IMG/VR virus record: IMGVR_UViG_3300012920_000022
Span: 71,756 to 135,755 of that record
Strand: one strand, 5' to 3'
Length of the DNA: 64,000 nucleotides
Source: a virus
Position numbers and translations under genes: made by a program. The notes below the pieces were generated by a model that saw only the letters and a list, made by a program, of their open reading frames with translations, ran no database searches and had not been told where the DNA came from. Positions 19,726-29,426 of this stretch are shown here, piece after piece; the first letter of the stretch is position 1; every line of letters begins with the position of its first letter.

Positions 19726-21354
19726 TTATTCTTCCAATATCCATTCTCCCATAACTATTTTATTATGGGAATCACCAGTAGTATGTTTTAATATAAAAAA
19801 CTTTCTACTATTTAATGATTTTAATTCTCTATAATATTCAGATTCAATTGAGAATACTAATTCTCCCTGGGATTTATTAGATGTTATATCCAAATATTCA
19901 TTTATATGAATGAATGAATTGTCATTCTTTATGAATGACAATCTAAATATTCCATCTAATAAATCTATGGGGGTAAGTGAATCACCTTCTTTATTATATA
20001 GATTAAATTTTAATATATTATCAAATGGGTTTATGGATATGGATAATTCTGATTGAGAAATAATGTTGTTGGAGTCATCATTACCATAACTAACATACAC
20101 ATCATTGTTTGATATGAATCTTATTATGTTTTTTGTTTTAACTAGTACTTGCCCACTATTTGATATAGATATGTTATCATTTGATACTATCTTATTAACA
20201 ATGTTTAATGGTCTATTGTTAGTTCCGATATTTAATCTAAGTCTGGTTTTACCATATTTAGATACATCAAATGATGATAAAAATGACGATTTATTTATTG
20301 AGGTTCCATCTGCCCTGTTATATAATCTTAATGTATATTCTATGGAAAATGATACTGCAATAGCAGCATTTTTTACTATGGGTATCCATTCATTGGGTAA
20401 ATCAAAATTATCATCTTGATTTACTGTCATATCAAAGGTTTTTATAAAATTACCACCCAATTGTTCTAGTAAAGTTATTTCGTGTATTATATAATATGAA
20501 TTTCCTGCCAATGAATTTAATGAAAATATGTAATCTTCAATAGATCCACCATCCCATTGACCAAAATATCTAAAATAGTCCCCGTCTTCGGCTTCTTCTA
20601 TAACAGCAGTCAATAAATCGAATTCATCTTTAGACTTTATGGAGAACCTAAAGTTATTACCTATTATCAGATTCGCATACCCATTAACATAATCTACTGA
20701 ATTTATTTCTTTAAATTCATAATATAAATTAACTTGATCTACTAATCCCACACCATTAGTTATTATATGGGAAAAAGTATTGGGATTACCTATATTTGCC
20801 TGTTGGTTATCAAGTGACCATGCAAAACTTGGTATGATATATTCTACATATTTATCAAATACAATGCCTGATATAAATATGGGTTTTGGATTAAAGTATA
20901 TTAATTCATTATCTATATTTATATATGCATTTTCCAGTATTTTAATTTTATTATTATTTTTCATTCTCCAATATATGGTGGATATAAATCCAGATATATT
21001 TGGAAAATTGTATCCGGATATCATGTGTATTCTTAATACATCATATTTGATATTTAGATTTATTGGGAAAGTTATATCATTCACCGATACATTATCATCA
21101 AATAATTCATAGGGATATGCATTATCTTCATCTAATAATATAAATTTATTAGATAATAAATCTACCGCAGTTTTGTCTTTTGTATTTTTAGTTTTTAATT
21201 TGGCGTTTTCTTTATTGATAATTATATCCGCATTATCATATTCGTTGGTTACTCGTTGAAACCCATAGGTGGAGGTATCAAATGATATATCATTTGATTT
21301 ATACATGTATTCTGCTAAAAAATATTCATTAATGCGGAAAAATATGGAAGCCAT
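19726..21354 (-). CDS. Hypothetical protein, possibly structural
   Basis: 542-aa ORF, N/I/D-rich composition like the other putative virion proteins. Confidence 0.6.
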   Translation of the reverse strand: MASIFFRINEYFLAEYMYKSNDISFDTSTYGFQRVTNEYDNADIIINKENAKLKTKNTKDKTAVDLLSNKFILLDEDNAYPYELFDDNVSVNDITFPINLNIKYDVLRIHMISGYNFPNISGFISTIYWRMKNNNKIKILENAYINIDNELIYFNPKPIFISGIVFDKYVEYIIPSFAWSLDNQQANIGNPNTFSHIITNGVGLVDQVNLYYEFKEINSVDYVNGYANLIIGNNFRFSIKSKDEFDLLTAVIEEAEDGDYFRYFGQWDGGSIEDYIFSLNSLAGNSYYIIHEITLLEQLGGNFIKTFDMTVNQDDNFDLPNEWIPIVKNAAIAVSFSIEYTLRLYNRADGTSINKSSFLSSFDVSKYGKTRLRLNIGTNNRPLNIVNKIVSNDNISISNSGQVLVKTKNIIRFISNNDVYVSYGNDDSNNIISQSELSISINPFDNILKFNLYNKEGDSLTPIDLLDGIFRLSFIKNDNSFIHINEYLDITSNKSQGELVFSIESEYYRELKSLNSRKFFILKHTTGDSHNKIVMGEWILEE

Positions 21355-21378
21355 ATGATTTTTAGATTATATATCATA

Positions 21379-21459
21379 TGACAATATGATATATTACATT
21401 ACATGGCACGATTTTTGTAATATTTAGTGTAAAGATTTTTTAACTTAAAAAATAATATG
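21379..21459 (+). promoter_or_regulatory. Regulatory cassette copy 2 (diverged)
   Basis: TGACA-ata-TGATA (21379-21391), 12 bp, TGGCACGATTTTTGTAATATTT at 21404, then TGTAAAGATTTTTTAACTTA. Confidence 0.8.
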
Positions 21460-22197
21460 GAAACATCAATAAACAAAGTAAATCCAATTGATTTAACTAA
21501 ATTTGATTTAGTTAATCCAGTTACTAAAGAATTAGTAACATCATATTTGGTATGTTATGGTAATAGCATGGAATCTTTGGTTGATTATTATAATATTAAC
21601 CAAAGATCATTTATTACCGTGGATTCTGTTGGTAATCATTATTTAGTTAATGGGGATGATACTACATTGTTGACTAAAAATCATCTAGAAATACTGGAAA
21701 AAGATATTGGAAAACATTATAATTCATCAGATTTTTACATGGATGTAGACGTATCCGATTTCATTGATTGGGGGGATATTGACATAAAGTATATAGTGAA
21801 AATCGCGGATAAACAGGAACTAGATAGAAAGCTTGCTGCGCTAAGCAAAATTGAATCCATTGTGAATAGATCTGATCCAGATTTTTCATATAAAGACATA
21901 TACATACACGATAAACCAAAGGACTATATAGCTGCAAAAACTTGGCTGCGTGAAATAGATCCAAACTACCATTTTGTTACTTATGTGATTAATGGTGAGC
22001 ATGAGATATTGCTGGAAGTTACAAGATCGCTTGCACCATCTCAGTTGGATACTGAATCTCAGTTCAATGATATGGTGGTAAAAATTACTAATCTTGATAC
22101 TGGTATATATAAACATGATGGATTGATTAATAGTTTAAATTACGATATCAAATCATTGAATCGTAGCATAATCGAGCTAACTCACTGTGTAATTTAG
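21457..22197 (+). CDS. Unknown paralog family member B
   Basis: Close paralog of 22241 (KPKDY.AAK.W, LLEVTRS.APSQL, NDMV.KITNL). Confidence 0.8.
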   Translation: METSINKVNPIDLTKFDLVNPVTKELVTSYLVCYGNSMESLVDYYNINQRSFITVDSVGNHYLVNGDDTTLLTKNHLEILEKDIGKHYNSSDFYMDVDVSDFIDWGDIDIKYIVKIADKQELDRKLAALSKIESIVNRSDPDFSYKDIYIHDKPKDYIAAKTWLREIDPNYHFVTYVINGEHEILLEVTRSLAPSQLDTESQFNDMVVKITNLDTGIYKHDGLINSLNYDIKSLNRSIIELTHCVI

Positions 22198-22240
22198 TAA
22201 CTTATCATATTATAAAATTATTAAAAACTGAAAAAATCAT

Positions 22241-22984
22241 ATGGGAACACCAACAAACACAATAGATCCTCTTAATTTATCTAGTTTTACTTTAACTAAT
22301 CCCAAAACTAAGAAATCAGATTCATTCTATTTAGTTTATAATGGGAATCATATTAATTTTTTGATTAATTATTATAATATCAGCCAAGAATCGTATATTG
22401 CTATTAATTCTGCTGGTGACCATTGTATAGTAGATGGAAATAATATGATGATGATATTAGAAGATCATCATATTATGAAATTAGAACATAACATCACAAA
22501 ATGTTATATTCCATCAGATTTTTATATGAGTACCCAAATTATTGACCGCGTAAATTGGGGAGATTTTAATATCAAACCAATAATAATGATAGAACACCAG
22601 GAAGAGCTGGATAAAAAAACCAAATTATTGGATAGGATTGGATCTATGATTAATAAATCCAATCCCAGTTTTTCATATGAAAATATCTTCGTTCTTGGTA
22701 AGCCAAAAGATTATATGGCTGCAAAGAAATGGATAACAAGAATAAATCCAAATTACTATTGTTGTGCTTATATAATTGATGATAAGCACGAAGTGTTATT
22801 GGAAGTTACAAGATCATTTGCACCATCTCAGTTGAATGATAAATCTCAGTTGAATGATATGGTAATAAAAATTACTAATCTAAATAATGGGGATGTTATA
22901 CATGACGGTGTGGTCAATAATTTATATTATGGTTTAGATAATATAAAAAATAGTGTTATTAAATTATTAAATAATTTAATATAG
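22241..22984 (+). CDS. Unknown paralog family member C
   Basis: Tandem duplicate of 21457, nearly the same length. Confidence 0.8.
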   Translation: MGTPTNTIDPLNLSSFTLTNPKTKKSDSFYLVYNGNHINFLINYYNISQESYIAINSAGDHCIVDGNNMMMILEDHHIMKLEHNITKCYIPSDFYMSTQIIDRVNWGDFNIKPIIMIEHQEELDKKTKLLDRIGSMINKSNPSFSYENIFVLGKPKDYMAAKKWITRINPNYYCCAYIIDDKHEVLLEVTRSFAPSQLNDKSQLNDMVIKITNLNNGDVIHDGVVNNLYYGLDNIKNSVIKLLNNLI

Positions 22985-22992
22985 ACAATAAT

Positions 22993-23616
22993 ATGAGGTT
23001 ATCGGATGAAATTAATTTGTTTAATTTGCAAAAATTAACAGATTCATTATTACTTGATCCAGCATTTGCTGATGAATATAGTCATTTAGAACAACACATG
23101 ATACTATATCACGGTGATTATATGGATTACATACTAGACAATTTATATGATAGTCATATGGCTATATTAAATTCATGTATTTCCATAAATCAGCATGGTG
23201 AATTATATTTGATAATTGAAAATAATTATAATTATCATGCTGAATTAATACCAGATGAGTATATTGAAGCTCAACGCGTGATATTTAATAAAAGATATAT
23301 GGAGTTTATTGATTGTGATCATTTACCCTGGGATGATGTAAATTATGATAAGTGTTACGGATTGATAAAACTTGATAACATAGATGGTTTTTATAAATCG
23401 TTATCATTAATTATGCCGAATTATCATTACCAGTATTGCCAAATTAAAGATATGAATATAGTGATAGAGTATGCTGATAATAGATTTTTAGGTGGTGATC
23501 ATATGTTTGTCAAAACTACTAATGTTGATAATGGTAAATCAATATGTAATAGATCCATTGACAATTTGGAGGATACTGTAATAAATTTACTTCGCAATCT
23601 AGACTTTATCATGTAG
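22993..23616 (+). CDS. Unknown paralog family member D
   Basis: INLFNL, LYHG, SINQHGELY, PNYHY, KTTNVDNG motifs. Confidence 0.7.
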   Translation: MRLSDEINLFNLQKLTDSLLLDPAFADEYSHLEQHMILYHGDYMDYILDNLYDSHMAILNSCISINQHGELYLIIENNYNYHAELIPDEYIEAQRVIFNKRYMEFIDCDHLPWDDVNYDKCYGLIKLDNIDGFYKSLSLIMPNYHYQYCQIKDMNIVIEYADNRFLGGDHMFVKTTNVDNGKSICNRSIDNLEDTVINLLRNLDFIM

Positions 23617-23684
23617 TTATCATAATATAGATATCCCCAACTATAACTAATTTATAGTTGGGGATATCTATATTATGATAACTA
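23614..23684. repeat. Perfect 33-bp inverted repeat with 5-nt loop, probable bidirectional terminator
   Basis: TAGTTATCATAATATAGATATCCCCAACTATAA-ctaat-exact reverse complement. Confidence 0.9.
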
Positions 23685-23828
23685 ATAAGTTCCTGGTGGT
23701 GGATTACCAGCATCTAAACCATAATTACCAGCTAATACATCTATAGCCATTGATGTATATTTAACATATTGATCATGATTTGGTAAAGGATCAACCATGT
23801 TAGTCCTAACACGCATGGTATATGACAT
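23682..23828 (-). CDS. Putative 48-aa peptide between two hairpins
   Basis: Manual translation MSYTMRVRTNMVDPLPNHDQYVKYTSMAIDVLAGNYGLDAGNPPPGTY*; fills the gap between the hairpins. Confidence 0.45.
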   Translation of the reverse strand: MSYTMRVRTNMVDPLPNHDQYVKYTSMAIDVLAGNYGLDAGNPPPGTY

Positions 23829-23839
23829 TTTGTCATACT

Positions 23840-23888
23840 ATACATATATCCCCAACTATAAATTAGTTATAGTTGGGGATATATGTAT
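23840..23888. repeat. Perfect 22-bp inverted repeat with 5-nt loop; inverted sister of the 23614 hairpin
   Basis: ATACATATATCCCCAACTATAA-attag-TTATAGTTGGGGATATATGTAT. Confidence 0.9.
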
Positions 23889-23895
23889 TATGTGA

Positions 23896-24456
23896 TTATT
23901 TATTTGCCTTTTTGTTAATTATTTTGATGGCTTTATTATAAACCATTTTACCAACTTCAATATTACGCTCTTTACAAGCCTGTGTAAGCTCTTCTGCACT
24001 ATTTAATGCGCCAAGTTCTTTTACTAGAGAATTTATTTTTACTGATTTAACTCTTTGGTAAGTCAAATCCATAGATTTGGCAATTTCAGTTATCGAATAA
24101 TTTTTACTCAATAACTCTCTAATTCTGTCATTTTTTGTTAATTCTTCGTTAGATGCTATTTCCATTCCAGCATCGTCCATTTCCTTACCATTTAATCTCC
24201 TGGTTGCTGTTGTTTTAGGCTTTTGAGTGGTAAAATGCTTTCTCAACTGGATTTTAATATTTGACTTATTTGGGTCAATATTGTTGTCTATGATAGCTTT
24301 ACCAATAGACCAGCAATTTTTTGTATAAACCGCTACATCAGCTTCACCAGTGATCTGTTTAATCTGAGATATTAATTTTGTAGAAATACCTCGCTTTGTG
24401 ATTTTGTTAAATGTAACTTCAGAGATTTCTTCTATTTGATTATTTGTTAATTCCAT
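23896..24456 (-). CDS. Basic protein with helix-turn-helix, putative DNA-binding regulator
   Basis: TKNDRIRELLSKNYSITEIAKSMDLTYQRVKSV fits an HTH pattern. Confidence 0.7.
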   Translation of the reverse strand: MELTNNQIEEISEVTFNKITKRGISTKLISQIKQITGEADVAVYTKNCWSIGKAIIDNNIDPNKSNIKIQLRKHFTTQKPKTTATRRLNGKEMDDAGMEIASNEELTKNDRIRELLSKNYSITEIAKSMDLTYQRVKSVKINSLVKELGALNSAEELTQACKERNIEVGKMVYNKAIKIINKKANK

Positions 24457-24542
24457 GATATTAATAATTTATAAGTTAAAAAATCTTTACATAAAATATT
24501 ACAAAAATCGTGCCAAATTTATTTTGGTGACATTTTGTCATA
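24454..24542 (-). promoter_or_regulatory. Regulatory cassette copy 3
   Basis: TGACATTTTGTCA at 24528-24540, 12 bp, TGGCAC on the minus strand at 24515-24510, conserved leader to the ATG at 24456. Confidence 0.85.
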
Positions 24543-24734
24543 TTTCTGTCATTTGGTGATCTATATAATTTATTATTGGGTAATTTTGTCATATTTACTA
24601 TGTCAAAGTGTCATAATTTCTTTTAAATCATAAATTTATAAAGAGTTTATGGTTACACGCAATAAATTTAATAAATTTGAAACCCTGTATGACAAGATAC
24701 CGTATATAAGATACAAATATTATATAAGATACTT

Positions 24735-26189
24735 ATGATAAGCTACCAATTATTAAACAATAAGTTATTAATATCATATATTAATGATAAGGGCAAAATA
24801 GCCCACTATAGTCACGTTATTCCTGATGACGAAATGTTTACTTGGGAGAAATCTAGAACCAAAACCGGATATAGAAACCACCTGGGTGGATATGCCAGAA
24901 AGAATTATAATAAGAAACCCAATAGATTTAGGATTTGGGAAATAATATATGGATTTGATGATGAAATTAGAAATACCATATCTAACGATAATGAACCCGA
25001 TACTTGGTTCATGGATATAGAAACCGAAGTTATAGATGGATTCCCAGATGTTGATAATCCAAGAGAAAAAGTACTAACTAATTCATTTTGTAATAACAAT
25101 ATAGTTGTATCTACTGGTATAAAAGATTTATCAGCCATGGATAAAGAGTGGATACAACAAGAAATAAACCGACATCTTGCACCAATCAACAAGAAATATA
25201 ATTTCAAATTTAAGCATTACCCAAGTGAACAATTGATGCTTAAAGAATTATTTTCAGTATTTGTCCCATCCATGCCCATGATAGTTGGTTGGAACTTCTT
25301 AAAATTTGACTGGGCTTATTTAGTAGCTAGGGCTACCAGACTTGGACTCAATAAATTTGTATTAAAATCTTCTCCAACCGGGGTTATGGAAGATTATTAT
25401 ATTAAAGACAAATATAATAGGAACCATAAGCAAAAAATAAGATTACCACTCCATAGAATAGTATTAGATGATCTGACATTATGGGAAAAATACGATTATT
25501 CTATGAAAATAAAATCATCCGCGAAATTAGATAATGTTGCAAAGGAAGTACTGGGTATCAAAAAAGTGGAATATAATGATACATTTATGGGAATGTATAA
25601 TAAAGATTATAAAAGATATGTATTTTATAATGCAATAGATACTATTCTTAATAAAGAGATACACGATAAGTTGGGATATTTTAACTCCCTCAATAAACTC
25701 AGTATGTTAACCCATACTCCAATGAATCAGGCACTATTTGTGTCACATTGTCTGGAATCTAGATTTGTGGAAAGTTATCTTGCAAGAGGTAGACACATGG
25801 TTAGTAATTCAAATAACGATACTGATACTTACTCTGGGGCATTTGTTAAAGAACCGAATCCAGGGATATTCGATAATGTGTTAATATCGGATTTTGAGAG
25901 TCTATACCCCAATTTAACCATGAAGTTTAATATTAGTACTGATACGTACATGGGTGTAAAATCAAGCGATAGTACGTACATATGTAGATTCACTAATGAG
26001 GAAAAAAAATTGCAGTTGGGAGAAAAGCACATAGTAACAGAAGAAGGTACTGTATTTGCATCTGATAAAATAGGTGTTGCTCCGGAGATTATCAATAGGC
26101 TTATAAATGAAAGACTATATTCTAAAAAAACAGCCAATGAAATAGATGCTGAAAAAAATTATTTGGAAAATTTGCTAAAATCAATGTAG
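24735..26189 (+). CDS. gp43: Family B DNA polymerase, N-terminal subunit (3'-5' exonuclease + motif A)
   Basis: ExoI FMDIET, ExoII GWNFLKFDW, ExoIII YNAID, YSGAFVKEP, motif A DFESLYP; ends after RLINERL without motifs B and C. Confidence 0.92.
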   Translation: MISYQLLNNKLLISYINDKGKIAHYSHVIPDDEMFTWEKSRTKTGYRNHLGGYARKNYNKKPNRFRIWEIIYGFDDEIRNTISNDNEPDTWFMDIETEVIDGFPDVDNPREKVLTNSFCNNNIVVSTGIKDLSAMDKEWIQQEINRHLAPINKKYNFKFKHYPSEQLMLKELFSVFVPSMPMIVGWNFLKFDWAYLVARATRLGLNKFVLKSSPTGVMEDYYIKDKYNRNHKQKIRLPLHRIVLDDLTLWEKYDYSMKIKSSAKLDNVAKEVLGIKKVEYNDTFMGMYNKDYKRYVFYNAIDTILNKEIHDKLGYFNSLNKLSMLTHTPMNQALFVSHCLESRFVESYLARGRHMVSNSNNDTDTYSGAFVKEPNPGIFDNVLISDFESLYPNLTMKFNISTDTYMGVKSSDSTYICRFTNEEKKLQLGEKHIVTEEGTVFASDKIGVAPEIINRLINERLYSKKTANEIDAEKNYLENLLKSM

Positions 26190-26190
26190 T

Positions 26191-26679
26191 ATGAAGAAGT
26201 ATGATAACATGACTATACTGAGTATATATATTCCATATGGTGTAGAAGTAATTGTTGGTAATACTGGTATGGGTGGAAAATTATATGGTGTGGGTGGAGA
26301 AAAATCAAAATTAATATCACCAGATGATGCAAAAAGCAATCATTGGGTTGATGATGATGTTTATCCTATCCTATACCCCATAGATTGTATATACAAACAA
26401 ATACAAGTATTAAAGTCCACGATATGCCCCATAAATGAATTGATATGCATGATGCATGATAGTGAGGTTGATACTCAATTGACTAATCATGTGATTATGT
26501 CAGATGAATCCATAATTGCAAACTATGAATATGGTTATAAGCTATATGGATCACTAGAAATCGATATTGAAAATATTCTTAATAATCCATATTGGATAGT
26601 TCAAAGCCTATTATCATGGCATATAGATGTTTTTGGATTGATAAAACAAAAACAAGCAATTAAAAAGGACATTATTTAA
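26191..26679 (+). CDS. Hypothetical phage protein
   Basis: PILYP and LLSWHIDVFGLI motifs, recalled from Bacteroidota phage proteins (not verified). Confidence 0.7.
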   Translation: MKKYDNMTILSIYIPYGVEVIVGNTGMGGKLYGVGGEKSKLISPDDAKSNHWVDDDVYPILYPIDCIYKQIQVLKSTICPINELICMMHDSEVDTQLTNHVIMSDESIIANYEYGYKLYGSLEIDIENILNNPYWIVQSLLSWHIDVFGLIKQKQAIKKDII

Positions 26680-26693
26680 TAATTAAAAATTAT

Positions 26694-26873
26694 ATGAAAA
26701 CTTATATAGAATTATCTCGTAAATGTGACGGGGCTGTAGAATTAAGAATGGATGTTACTAATATGACACCCAGTAATCAAAAAAGTTGTTATGATGGTTT
26801 ATATAATCAAATGGATCGTGATGAATTTGAAATATTTATATACGAATCTGAAAAATCGTTGGAAGAAATATAA
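26694..26873 (+). CDS. Small hypothetical protein (59 aa), missing from the ORF track
   Basis: MKTYIELSRKCDGAVELRMDVT...SLEEI*; preceded by AATTAAAAATTAT, like the gene at 27072. Confidence 0.55.
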   Translation: MKTYIELSRKCDGAVELRMDVTNMTPSNQKSCYDGLYNQMDRDEFEIFIYESEKSLEEI

Positions 26874-27060
26874 GGAAAGTAAGCGATTTGAGGAGGGAGA
26901 AGGAATTGAATTTAGAACAATAGTGGGGTGGGAATTTGCCATTATCCTAAAAATAGATGGTAAGCGATTCTGGGTAAAGTGGGAAGATGGTCATAGTTCT
27001 GGTCATTTTTGGGTAAAATCAAAAAGGTGTAGAAAATACAAAAGTATATTTGACGATTAA
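26821..27060 (+). CDS. Small basic hypothetical protein, SH3/KOW-like
   Basis: FEEGEGIEF...ILKIDGKRFWVKW pattern; start uncertain (26791 or 26821). Confidence 0.5.
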   Translation: MNLKYLYTNLKNRWKKYKESKRFEEGEGIEFRTIVGWEFAIILKIDGKRFWVKWEDGHSSGHFWVKSKRCRKYKSIFDD

Positions 27061-27071
27061 AATTAAAAATT

Positions 27072-27530
27072 ATGGACGATTATCCAAAAAATTTGCTATC
27101 AGTGAATGGATTCACTGATAGCAAACATCTCATGGAACATATGGGATTTTGCATAGTTCACTCAAATTTAGATTATCATCCTATACATAGCGCACATCAA
27201 TTCATCAGATTATCATATCAATTTGATATAGATGTTAGAGAAACCTTTGATGGAATTAAATATTCCGATGAATCCACCAGGAAAATCAAATACTATTCTA
27301 AGCAACACGGTGATATTTTACATAGGTTAACTAGTATAATGTATCCAGATGTTAATTTTAGATGGAAAGGCGATGAAAATTTTGGTAATATAATAATAGA
27401 ATTAAATCAATATGATTATATGTGTTTATGCTACATGTATAATCTGATTACCAATGAATATGATCAATGCAATGATGATTTTGAATACTTCATGAAATAT
27501 TATAGATTAATTGATGAATCGGATGAGTAA
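27072..27530 (+). CDS. Hypothetical protein
   Basis: 152-aa ORF in a tightly packed operon. Confidence 0.65.
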   Translation: MDDYPKNLLSVNGFTDSKHLMEHMGFCIVHSNLDYHPIHSAHQFIRLSYQFDIDVRETFDGIKYSDESTRKIKYYSKQHGDILHRLTSIMYPDVNFRWKGDENFGNIIIELNQYDYMCLCYMYNLITNEYDQCNDDFEYFMKYYRLIDESDE

Positions 27531-28014
27531 TATATTGCATCATATAAACCAGATTGAGAATAAGGAATTTGAATCACTCATACATCTAATAAATTCAGAT
27601 GATATCAATAATCATTTATTATTTTTTAAAATATTGTCTGGAAAACAGTTATCAGTTAGTGATATTATCTGTTGCTTCATATATTGTATCAAATATCCAT
27701 TTGACTTAATTGAAAATAAGCTGGTTGATGGTGGTACTACAGACATGAGTGAAAGATATACTTATTATACAGGATTTAATAATTTAATAAAATTCCATAT
27801 ATCTTTTAGTATAATGCAACAGTTATGTATTGGCTTTTCAACCAATAGTGATGAAAAGCCCAGTAATCGAATATTATATAAAAGCAACTATTTGGTAAAT
27901 GGTGGTATACCAACTTACAATAGAGTCATAGATTGGTTTGATAATGAATATAAGCCATCTGCAATAAATCACATAAAAATAGAATCTGAATATATTAACA
28001 AATATAACATATGA
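27511..28014 (+). CDS. Protein carrying the LRR-family N-cap but no LRRs
   Basis: LIHLINSDDINNHLLFFKIL...FIYCIKY matches the cap of the LRR genes. Confidence 0.65.
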   Translation: MMNRMSNILHHINQIENKEFESLIHLINSDDINNHLLFFKILSGKQLSVSDIICCFIYCIKYPFDLIENKLVDGGTTDMSERYTYYTGFNNLIKFHISFSIMQQLCIGFSTNSDEKPSNRILYKSNYLVNGGIPTYNRVIDWFDNEYKPSAINHIKIESEYINKYNI

Positions 28015-28361
28015 TGGATGATAAACCTAATATTATATGCCTATGTGGATCTACTAAATTTAAGCACTACTTTGGTTTGATAAATAGAAAATTTACGTTA
28101 GAGGGATACATAGTATTACTGCCTGGGGTATATCCCCATTCAGACGGCATCAATATATCTGATGATGCTAAAATAAAACTTGATGAATTACATAAAAGAA
28201 AAATAGACATGTCAGATCAAATATTTGTAATTGATCCTGATGGATATATTGGTAATTCCACTCAAAGTGAGATTGACTATGCAAAGAATAAAAATAAACC
28301 AATCACATACTTATCTTGCATGGATTTAAAACTTGAATTTAAAACTAAAAAATCAACATGA
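28011..28361 (+). CDS. Nucleoside deoxyribosyltransferase-like (NDT fold) protein
   Basis: ICLCGSTKF...HKRKIDMSD.IFV...GYIGNSTQSEIDYA with the conserved Glu. Confidence 0.7.
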   Translation: MMDDKPNIICLCGSTKFKHYFGLINRKFTLEGYIVLLPGVYPHSDGINISDDAKIKLDELHKRKIDMSDQIFVIDPDGYIGNSTQSEIDYAKNKNKPITYLSCMDLKLEFKTKKST

Positions 28362-29065
28362 AAAGAAAGATATTTTTTGATACAGAATTTATAGAAACCA
28401 ATGGTGTATTTTTTGATAATATGGGTAACAAAGTTATACTACCCATATTAGAACTCATATCTATAGGTATGATAGATCAAAATGGTAAAGAATATTATGC
28501 AGTATCCAAAGATTTTGATTATAACAGAGCATATAATGATAACTGGATAAGGGAAAATGTGCTTATTAATTTGTTCCCCCAATCATATATTGATAAAGAT
28601 TTGTTAAACAAATATGGAAAGTGTAATGCTAATATAGCAGATGATATAAAAGATTATATATATGAACCAATATTATGTGATAAATGCAATTCTCATATGA
28701 CCTATTTTGAACAAACATATTGGTGTGAAGATAATAATTGTGGTAACTGTAAAGATTTAGATGATGTGGAATTCAATATAGAATTTTTGGCATACTGTGG
28801 AGCCACAGATTTTACTAATTTATATAGAATATTTGATACCAAGTTACTCAATATTCCCAAACATTTTCCTTGGTATTTTACTGATATTAGATATCTGGTT
28901 GATAAACATTGTGATGATCATGGTATTACCAGAAAGCAGTTAAAAAATCATCATATGTATCCTAAAAATAATAAAGAACATAATGCTCTTGATGATGCCA
29001 TATGGAATAAAAAATTATGTGATTTATTACAAATATTAGATGATTATGGTAACAAGAGTAAATAG
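28358..29065 (+). CDS. DEDDh 3'-5' exo(ribo)nuclease, Rv2179c-like
   Basis: FFDTEF, LISIG, HNALDDA; Cys-rich insertion CDKC...CEDNNCGNC. Confidence 0.85.
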   Translation: MKRKIFFDTEFIETNGVFFDNMGNKVILPILELISIGMIDQNGKEYYAVSKDFDYNRAYNDNWIRENVLINLFPQSYIDKDLLNKYGKCNANIADDIKDYIYEPILCDKCNSHMTYFEQTYWCEDNNCGNCKDLDDVEFNIEFLAYCGATDFTNLYRIFDTKLLNIPKHFPWYFTDIRYLVDKHCDDHGITRKQLKNHHMYPKNNKEHNALDDAIWNKKLCDLLQILDDYGNKSK

Positions 29066-29426
29066 ATTTGATATTGAAGACATGATTATAGAGGGTAACC
29101 GTCTATACACACATGGGTATATGTTAGATGGAAGAAAAATCATATATGAAATTGGCATGTATTATGATAAGTACTATGACTTGCCATCAAACATGAATCT
29201 AGATAGTATGGATTCATATGTTAAAATACCAGATCTTAAATGTTTTCAGACAACAAAGCTTGACAACAAAAATATCATCAGAGAATTAAATGAGGATGGC
29301 ATGGTGGAATTAATAAAGTATATCAAAGGGTTTATCAAAATCAATGATAATTTTGATCACATAGATTCTTTTATAAAAAGGTTAATTGGTGAAGAAGTAT
29401 ATGACACTATATATGGAGTAGTATGA
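29040..29426 (+). CDS. Hypothetical protein
   Basis: 128-aa ORF. Confidence 0.6.
   Translation: MIMVTRVNRFDIEDMIIEGNRLYTHGYMLDGRKIIYEIGMYYDKYYDLPSNMNLDSMDSYVKIPDLKCFQTTKLDNKNIIRELNEDGMVELIKYIKGFIKINDNFDHIDSFIKRLIGEEVYDTIYGVV

Noticed and set aside
26100-26189. Split intein joining the two polymerase halves
   Set aside because: No Cys/Ser-initiated intein N-block after the N-half and no His-Asn-Cys/Ser junction before motif B in the C-half
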